This document shows, in pieces, positions 15,753-21,124 of a stretch of DNA of 21,124 nt (its first letter is position 1; the number at the start of each line of letters is the position of its first letter). The DNA lies in NCBI GenBank assembly GCA_051439505.1, contig JBFRWI010000173.1:1-21124 (forward strand), read 5' to 3'. A program made the position numbers and the translations under genes. Source of the DNA: Hormoscilla sp. (GTDB taxonomy: Bacteria; Cyanobacteriota; Cyanobacteriia; Cyanobacteriales; Desertifilaceae). The notes under the pieces are model-generated. The model was not told the DNA's origin and searched no databases. It was given only the letters and a program-made list of their open reading frames with translations.

Positions 15753-16118
15753 ATGACGATGAAGCTGAAACGACTGGGGCACGTGGCAATCTGCGTGCAG
15801 GATATTGACAAAGCAGCGGAATTCTACCAAAATATAGGCATGTCCTTAGCCTGGAAGGACAGTGACTGGGCTTACCTGAAGGCAGGTGATGATGGGTTGG
15901 CGCTGTTAAGTCCGAGTTACGGCCAGGCAGGACCGCACTTTGGCTTCGTATTTAGCGATCGGGCCCAAATGGAAGCTTGCTATCAGCAGCTACAGGGATC
16001 GGGCGTGAAAGTAAGTCAGATCCACGAACACCGGGATGGCACGGCCTCCTTCTACGGACAAGATCCAGACAGCAACTGGTTTGAGTATCTATACGAACCG
16101 GCTGTGTCCCCCGGGTAG
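15753..16118 (+). CDS. VOC (glyoxalase/bleomycin-resistance) family protein
   Basis: RLGHVAICVQD, HFGF, HEHRDGTASFYGQDPDSNWFE. RBS AAGGA. Confidence 0.9.
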   Translation: MTMKLKRLGHVAICVQDIDKAAEFYQNIGMSLAWKDSDWAYLKAGDDGLALLSPSYGQAGPHFGFVFSDRAQMEACYQQLQGSGVKVSQIHEHRDGTASFYGQDPDSNWFEYLYEPAVSPG

Positions 16119-16174
16119 CGATCCTAACGCTCCCGGCAGCAATGAGTGCTTGACGGAAAATGTTATGATTGACA

Positions 16175-16268
16175 TCTTGCACCTAAGCGCGTTACGCCGC
16201 CTGCAAACCCCTGGCCTGTGTTACTTGACAGAGAGTCGGGTCGTGGGCCTGTTGACAATGGTGCAAGA
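16175..16268. repeat. 94-bp element bounded by 9-bp inverted repeats (MITE/REP-like)
   Basis: TCTTGCACC (16175-16183) and GGTGCAAGA (16260-16268), with GGCCTGT twice internally. The same 9-mer occurs at 8389-8397. Confidence 0.5.
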
Positions 16269-16309
16269 GATAAGTTATGAGCGAAGAGCGAAAGACTGTT
16301 AGGAGGTAG

Positions 16310-18037
16310 ATGATGGTTGATTCGCCCAATCTATTCGGGTTCGGTTGGTTGTTGTTGTTGGCAAGCGCTTTGCTGATTATGAAAGTTTCCGGTGCTGACA
16401 CAGAGGCTGAAGAGAGGGTGGAACTCCCCCATGACTCATTGCTGCGCGATCGCCTGAATGAGTTAGGTATTGCTAACTGGAAGGAGTTGCGGAGAAAATC
16501 TGGGTTAAATACCCCACGCCTGTTGGAGGCCCGTCGCGGGAACCTGGAAAAGCTGACTTTTGAGGAAGTGAATCGCTTGGCAGAGACTCTCAATTGGAAG
16601 CCAGCAGAATTAAGAGCCTGTTTGGGTTTTGCCTCAACAGATGACCAGGAGGTAAAATCTCTGTCAACGGCAATATCGCAATTGCAGCAGCTTTCATCTC
16701 AAAAAACAACGGAAGTATCGCAACTGCGCTCTCAATTGCAGCAACTGGAAAGCGAGAAAACAGCGGAAATAGCTTCATTGCAGCAAGAAGGTCAGGGACT
16801 ACGCGAGCAATTGCAGCAGTTGGAAAATGAGAAAACGGCCACCCTGGCAGAGTTGCAGCAAGAACGCTCACAACTGCGCTCTCAATTAGAGCAACTCGAT
16901 AGTGATAAAACGACTATTGTATCACAATTGCAGCAAGAACGCTCACAACTGCAATCGCAATTGCAGCAACTCGATAGTGAGAAAACAGCGACCCTGGCGG
17001 AGTTCCAGCAAGAACGGGATCAACTGCGATCGCAATTGCAGCAACTCGATAGCGATAAAACGGCCAGCTGGGCAGAGTTCCAGCAAGAACGGGACCAACT
17101 GCGCGAGCAGTTACAGCAACTCGATAGTGATAAAACGGCCACCTTGGCAGAGTTCCAGCAAGAACGGGACCAACTGCGATCGCAATTAGAGCAACTCGAA
17201 AGTGAGAAAACGGCGGAAATATCCGGTCTACAGCAAGAACGGGATCAACTGCGTCAGCAATTAGAACAGCTCGAAAGTGAGAAAACGGCGGAAATATCGA
17301 GTCTACAGCAAGAACGGGATCAACTGCGATCGCAATTAGAGCAACTCGATAGTGAAAAAACAGCGGAAATATCACAATTGCAGCAACTCGAAAGTGAGAA
17401 AACCGCAGAAATATCCGGTCTACAGCAAGAACGAGACCAACTGCGATCGCAATTAGAGCAACTCGAAAGTGAGAAAACAGCGGAAATATCCGGTCTACAG
17501 CAAGAACGAGACCAACTGCGTCAGCAATTAGAACAGCTGGCAAGTGAGAAAACGGCGGAAATATCAGAGTTGCAGCAAGCATGCGAACAACTGCGCTGGC
17601 AATTGCAGCAGCAAGCGACGGAAATGATTGAATTCCAGCAACAATGTCAGCGACTGCAATTGCAATTGCAACAGCAATCAAGTCAGCTAAATGCAGATTT
17701 TCGCGACTCTACTTTCGCGGAATTGCAAGCTTTGCTGACTAATTACCCCAGCGCCCGCCAAATTGCGGAAACGAAGCCGGATTTGCCAGCCAAGAATATG
17801 ATGAAGCTGTTCACGCCCTTGGAGAACATGCTGGAGAATTGGGGTTATGAACCGATCGCGTCGGTTTGGGAACAGGTCCCTTATAATCGGAACTTGCATC
17901 AGGCGGATACTGATGATATCCAGGAAGGAGAGATGGTTTATGTCCGGTTCGTGGGATATAAGTCGGGCGATCGGGTAATCTGTCCTGCTAAGGTCAGTCG
18001 CACTCTCCCCACGGGAATTAAACCGAAGAACTCATGA
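16310..18037 (+). CDS. Membrane-anchored protein: N-terminal TM/signal, XRE-like HTH, long 25-residue-repeat coiled coil and GrpE-like C-terminal domain
   Basis: RBS AGGAGG and hydrophobic N-terminus (LFGFGWLLLLASALLIM). HTH-like LNELGIANWKELRRKSGL...VNRLAETLNW. The C-terminus WGYEPIASVWEQVPYNRNLHQ...GEMVYVRFVGYKSGDRVICPAKV resembles the GrpE beta domain. Confidence 0.75.
   Translation: MMVDSPNLFGFGWLLLLASALLIMKVSGADTEAEERVELPHDSLLRDRLNELGIANWKELRRKSGLNTPRLLEARRGNLEKLTFEEVNRLAETLNWKPAELRACLGFASTDDQEVKSLSTAISQLQQLSSQKTTEVSQLRSQLQQLESEKTAEIASLQQEGQGLREQLQQLENEKTATLAELQQERSQLRSQLEQLDSDKTTIVSQLQQERSQLQSQLQQLDSEKTATLAEFQQERDQLRSQLQQLDSDKTASWAEFQQERDQLREQLQQLDSDKTATLAEFQQERDQLRSQLEQLESEKTAEISGLQQERDQLRQQLEQLESEKTAEISSLQQERDQLRSQLEQLDSEKTAEISQLQQLESEKTAEISGLQQERDQLRSQLEQLESEKTAEISGLQQERDQLRQQLEQLASEKTAEISELQQACEQLRWQLQQQATEMIEFQQQCQRLQLQLQQQSSQLNADFRDSTFAELQALLTNYPSARQIAETKPDLPAKNMMKLFTPLENMLENWGYEPIASVWEQVPYNRNLHQADTDDIQEGEMVYVRFVGYKSGDRVICPAKVSRTLPTGIKPKNS
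16781..17572 (+). repeat. Intragenic 75-bp (25-aa) tandem repeat: 10 full units plus one 42-bp (14-aa) unit
   Basis: Consensus QQERDQLRSQLEQLESEKTAEISGL. 10x75+42 = 792 bp, matching 16781-17572. Confidence 0.92.
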
Positions 18038-18121
18038 CGGTTCTTGTCTTGGTTAACTAGCAATAGGTCGCATTCGGAACTAGCAATTGTGGTTCCGAAT
18101 GTATCGAATAATTTCTTTTCC

Positions 18122-19072
18122 TCAAATTGTCCTATCTGGCCGATTCCTAACATCCAAAAACTTCAACTGTCGAGCAAGCATAGAAATCATCTGCAAATCA
18201 ACCCCCGCCTCCCTTGCCATCTGCAAAGGATTGCCCAGAATTGCCTCGACTTCCAAAGGTCTTTTCCCATCATAATCCAGTTTCATGCTGGTTAAATAAG
18301 GCTTCATTTTATCCGTATGGTCGAGCATTTTTTGGATAAAGCGATCGTCGATTATCCGCCCGCAACTCTGGGCCCCTGCTGCCACTTCCCGCATTAATTG
18401 TTCTGCTAAAAACCGCGTATCTGCATTGGCCATAATTTCATCTGTTCTGGCATCTAAAACCACGGAAAGACCGTTATAAGGAATATTCCAAACTAACTTT
18501 TTCCACCTCGCTAACAGCAAATCTTCGCTCAACTCAATAGGGATCCCCGCCTTTTCCAAATCCCTCCCAATTTCGCGCATTGTTTCCGTAACGCCAGCAG
18601 CCCGATCGTTAGCAGCATATTGTCCTATGGTAATAGCACCATAGTCGATGTGGCGAATATGACCCGGCCCTACTTTATTAGAACAGACAAAACATAACCC
18701 ACCTATTATGGTATTGCCTCCGATAATTTGGGCAATTTCTGGTTCGATATTGATGCCGTTTTGTAAGAGCAAAACTACGCTATTGTCATTTATTAATGGC
18801 GGCAATAACTCTGGCAAAAGATGATTTTGCGTCGCCTTCAATGCCACGACAATCACATCGCAATTCGGCATTTTTTTAACATTGTTATAGGCATCCACTT
18901 CCGGCAGAGTAAAATCCCCATCCACAGATTCGACAATTAAACCTTTTTCGGCGACGTGGTGGTAGTCGCTACGCAGTAAAAAGCTGACTTGATGACCTGC
19001 TTTTTGCAGTTTGGCACCGTATAATCCGCCAATAGCACCGGTGCCGATAATTGCATAAGTTCGATTTGACAT
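18122..19072 (-). CDS. panE: 2-dehydropantoate 2-reductase (PanE/ApbA family)
   Basis: IIGTGAIGG, VALKA, LLQNG, RWKKLVWNIPYN and TSMKLD...PLEVEAI. Confidence 0.92.
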   Translation of the reverse strand: MSNRTYAIIGTGAIGGLYGAKLQKAGHQVSFLLRSDYHHVAEKGLIVESVDGDFTLPEVDAYNNVKKMPNCDVIVVALKATQNHLLPELLPPLINDNSVVLLLQNGINIEPEIAQIIGGNTIIGGLCFVCSNKVGPGHIRHIDYGAITIGQYAANDRAAGVTETMREIGRDLEKAGIPIELSEDLLLARWKKLVWNIPYNGLSVVLDARTDEIMANADTRFLAEQLMREVAAGAQSCGRIIDDRFIQKMLDHTDKMKPYLTSMKLDYDGKRPLEVEAILGNPLQMAREAGVDLQMISMLARQLKFLDVRNRPDRTI

Positions 19073-19216
19073 TTTGAGAAAAGAGAAAAGATTACAGTTT
19101 AATATTTAATCACAGTTGCCACACATGAATAATACCTCATCTTTAATTAATTTTTTTCTTGGCTGCTGGCGTTCGCTCTCTTTCACACCGGTGGCAACAG
19201 CGATCCTAAAATCATC

Positions 19217-19474
19217 TTACCTAATCTTGGAGTCCAAATATCTCACTTTTGATTCTAAAGACCGGACTTGTGATTTCAAAGAATTAACTTCCCGATTTAA
19301 GTCATCCACGGTATTCTGCAAGCGCCGGAAATCCCCTAATGTCACCGACTCTAGTGCCGGCGCGGGAGGTGGCGCCGCCGGTTCGGCCTGCTGTGCAAGA
19401 GAGTTTCCGACTGTCAATAGCAAAAGACCTATGGATATCATGGCCATAAATAAGATCGGCCCGGGATTTTTCAT
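19217..19474 (-). CDS. Small secreted or membrane-anchored coiled-coil protein (hypothetical)
   Basis: Signal-like N-terminus ending SLA-QQ, Pro/Ala linker, then heptad coiled coil LQNTVDDLNREVNSLKSQVRSLESKVRYL. Confidence 0.7.
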   Translation of the reverse strand: MKNPGPILFMAMISIGLLLLTVGNSLAQQAEPAAPPPAPALESVTLGDFRRLQNTVDDLNREVNSLKSQVRSLESKVRYLDSKIR

Positions 19475-19540
19475 ATCTATACTATGATATAATTGTCACT
19501 GTCACCCCTTGTAACTATACTATGATAGCAAGAAGAGGTC

Positions 19541-20572
19541 ATGAGCGAGCTGATTATCATTGTTTTGATTGTTATTTCTGGTTCGGCTTTATGTGCGGTG
19601 GCCGAAACAGCGTTATTTTCGGTATCGGAAATCAAAGTCCAACAGTTAGCAGAGTCTAAAAATAAATCCGCCTTGGCCCTGCTGAAGCTTCAGTCTCAAA
19701 TGAATCGCGCTATTGCCACCATTGTAATTCTTAACAATAGTTTTAACATTGTGGGCAGTATTGTCATCGGCAGAATTGCAGCGGCGGTATTGGGAAATGT
19801 GTGGTTCGGGTTGTTTTCGGGATTTTTGACTTTCCTGATTATTATATTTGGGGAAATAATTCCGAAAACAATAGGCGCTCGCTACTCGGAAAAAAATGCC
19901 CTGATGGTGGCCATTCCTGTGGCCGCCCTGACTTTGATTTTCGCGCCTGTAGTATGGATAATAGAAATAACCACGGCCCCCCTGACAAGGGGTGAGAAAG
20001 GACCAACTACAGATGAGGCGGAAATCCAGTTTTTGGCAAAGATTGGGGAACGAGAAGGCATAATTGAAGATGATGAAGCGGCGATGATTCAACGGGTATT
20101 TCGCTTGAACGACCTGACAGCAGTTGACTTGATGACCCCCCGGACAAAAATGACCTATTTGCAGGGCGATCGCCTGCTATCCGAAGCCACCGAGGAGATT
20201 ATCGCCTCGCAACATACGAGAATAATTGTGATAGAAGAATCGATCGATAAAGTGGTAGGGGTAGTATTAAAAGCGGAATTGCTGGCAGGGAGCATAGGGG
20301 GAAAGCAGTCGGAAAAGGTAGCCAGCTTGATGCGGAACGTGCGCTTTGTGCCGGAAACGGTGCGGGCAGATAAGCTACTCATTGAATTCCAAGAAACCCG
20401 GGAACATATGGTGGTAGTGCTGGATGAATATGGCGGGGTATCGGGTGTGGTAACATTGGAGGACGTGCTGGAGGTGTTAACTGGTGAAATAGTAGATGAG
20501 ACAGACCGCAATATTAACCTACAAGAAACAGCCAGGCAGCAGGGAAAACAGCTGTTAGATAATGTCGGTTGA
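19541..20572 (+). CDS. Hemolysin-family/CNNM (DUF21) plus CBS-pair membrane protein
   Basis: AETALFS, IIIFGEIIPK, LMTPR, HTRI and VVLDEYGGVSGVVTLEDVLEVLTGEIVDE. No C-terminal CorC domain. RBS GAGG. Confidence 0.92.
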   Translation: MSELIIIVLIVISGSALCAVAETALFSVSEIKVQQLAESKNKSALALLKLQSQMNRAIATIVILNNSFNIVGSIVIGRIAAAVLGNVWFGLFSGFLTFLIIIFGEIIPKTIGARYSEKNALMVAIPVAALTLIFAPVVWIIEITTAPLTRGEKGPTTDEAEIQFLAKIGEREGIIEDDEAAMIQRVFRLNDLTAVDLMTPRTKMTYLQGDRLLSEATEEIIASQHTRIIVIEESIDKVVGVVLKAELLAGSIGGKQSEKVASLMRNVRFVPETVRADKLLIEFQETREHMVVVLDEYGGVSGVVTLEDVLEVLTGEIVDETDRNINLQETARQQGKQLLDNVG

Positions 20573-20590
20573 GTGGCAAGCAGAAGATGT

Positions 20591-20661
20591 GATGGAAAAT
20601 TGCTAATTGCGAATGGAGAATGGAAAATGGAGCAATCAGCAATTTTATCTTGCTCAATTTT
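20591..20661. repeat. Degenerate heptamer tract (AATKGNN) with an inverted repeat; possible terminator
   Basis: GATGGAA AATTGCT AATTGCG AATGGAG AATGGAA AATGGAG. AAAATGGAGCAA (20624-20635) pairs with TTGCTCAATTTT (20650-20661) with 1 mismatch. Confidence 0.6.
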
Positions 20662-20834
20662 CAATTTGATTTTCTTTCAATTGCTACATTGACAAATCTG
20701 GGATGCACCCTGCTCTCGGGTTTGTTACCATTCCTAAAGGACCAGAGTCCAAAATTATTATTCTACTCATGCTCATGGAAACAATGGTCTATTGGATAAA
20801 CGATCTTCATCCTCCCGATCGAAGTTGAAACGCT

Positions 20835-20880
20835 TCGGCGCCCGCCTCGGTCCGGGGTTCGGCCTAGGGCGGGCGTCCGA
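20835..20880 (-). terminator. GC-rich hairpin immediately downstream of the XRE gene
   Basis: CGCCCGCC (20839-20846) / GGCGGGCG (20868-20875) with extra outer and inner pairing. There is no clear U-tract, so it may be a stabilising hairpin instead. Confidence 0.45.
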
Positions 20881-20884
20881 TCGC

Positions 20885-21124
20885 TCAGCCCGGCGCTGTC
20901 ATTGCCTTCTTTTTTTTCTTCTCTTGCCATTTTTTCCCGATCCGTGCTGCTTCCTCGATTTCCTCAAAATCAACCCGCATTACAGCCTTTTCTACTTCCA
21001 CACCCAAAGCGACGCTGACTTCAAGAAGCTCTACAAAACTGGCACATTGATAATCTGTATCTTCATACTCCTTCACCCGCTGTGAGGAAATTCCCAGTGT
21101 CTCCGCTAATTCTTCCTGGCTAAT
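20885..21124 (-). CDS. XRE-family helix-turn-helix regulator (possible antitoxin), C-terminal part; 5' end lies outside the window
   Basis: The frame is open to the window edge: ISQEELAETLGISSQRVKEYEDTDYQCASFVELLEVSVALGV, a classic HTH_XRE pattern. The ORF track called only the internal GTG. Confidence 0.8.
   Translation of the reverse strand: MSQEELAETLGISSQRVKEYEDTDYQCASFVELLEVSVALGVEVEKAVMRVDFEEIEEAARIGKKWQEKKKKKAMTAPG

Noticed and set aside
15753..16118. VOC gene as the cluster's self-resistance gene
   Set aside because: It resembles a widespread cyanobacterial VOC protein and is separated from the cluster by the DUF4351-like scar and ~340 bp. No sequence evidence links it, although this is not excluded.
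16914..17681. 255-aa hydrophobic repetitive minus-strand ORF (plus 16902-17189 and 16590-16871)
   Set aside because: Antisense or alternate-frame shadow of the 75-bp coiled-coil repeat.
20792..21085. 97-aa plus-strand ORF
   Set aside because: Antisense to the XRE-HTH gene, with a TTG start and no motifs.

Overview
Cyanobacterial chromosomal window, judged from frequent HIP1 GCGATCGC sites, heptamer STRR tracts, GTAG-type REP-like hairpins and a Yfr1 sRNA in its usual guaB-trxA position. The repeat types suggest a filamentous Oscillatoriales-like strain (inference). The left flank is housekeeping-type: the 3' end of pepA, a Ser/Thr kinase-pentapeptide fusion, a LOG-family gene, trxA, Yfr1, guaB3, flotillin and yqiJ-like. 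The right flank has a VOC protein, an HTH/coiled-coil/GrpE-like protein, panE, a CNNM/CBS protein and a partial XRE regulator. Between them (about 9.5-15.4 kb, all + strand) lies an accessory cluster: two TerB-family paralogues, an XYP-type cyclodipeptide synthase with an unusual N-terminal helical extension, and an IPNS/Bcm-like Fe(II)/2OG oxygenase. These are followed by a HIP1-delimited 3x86-bp tandem array, a class I/II PLP aminotransferase and a GhrA-like dehydrogenase whose carboxylate-binding Arg is replaced by Gln. A ~93-bp consensus-like sigma70 promoter cassette is duplicated upstream of terB2 and the oxygenase. This candidate diketopiperazine biosynthetic locus is the most interesting system here. 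All family calls come from motif recognition by eye; no database search was run.
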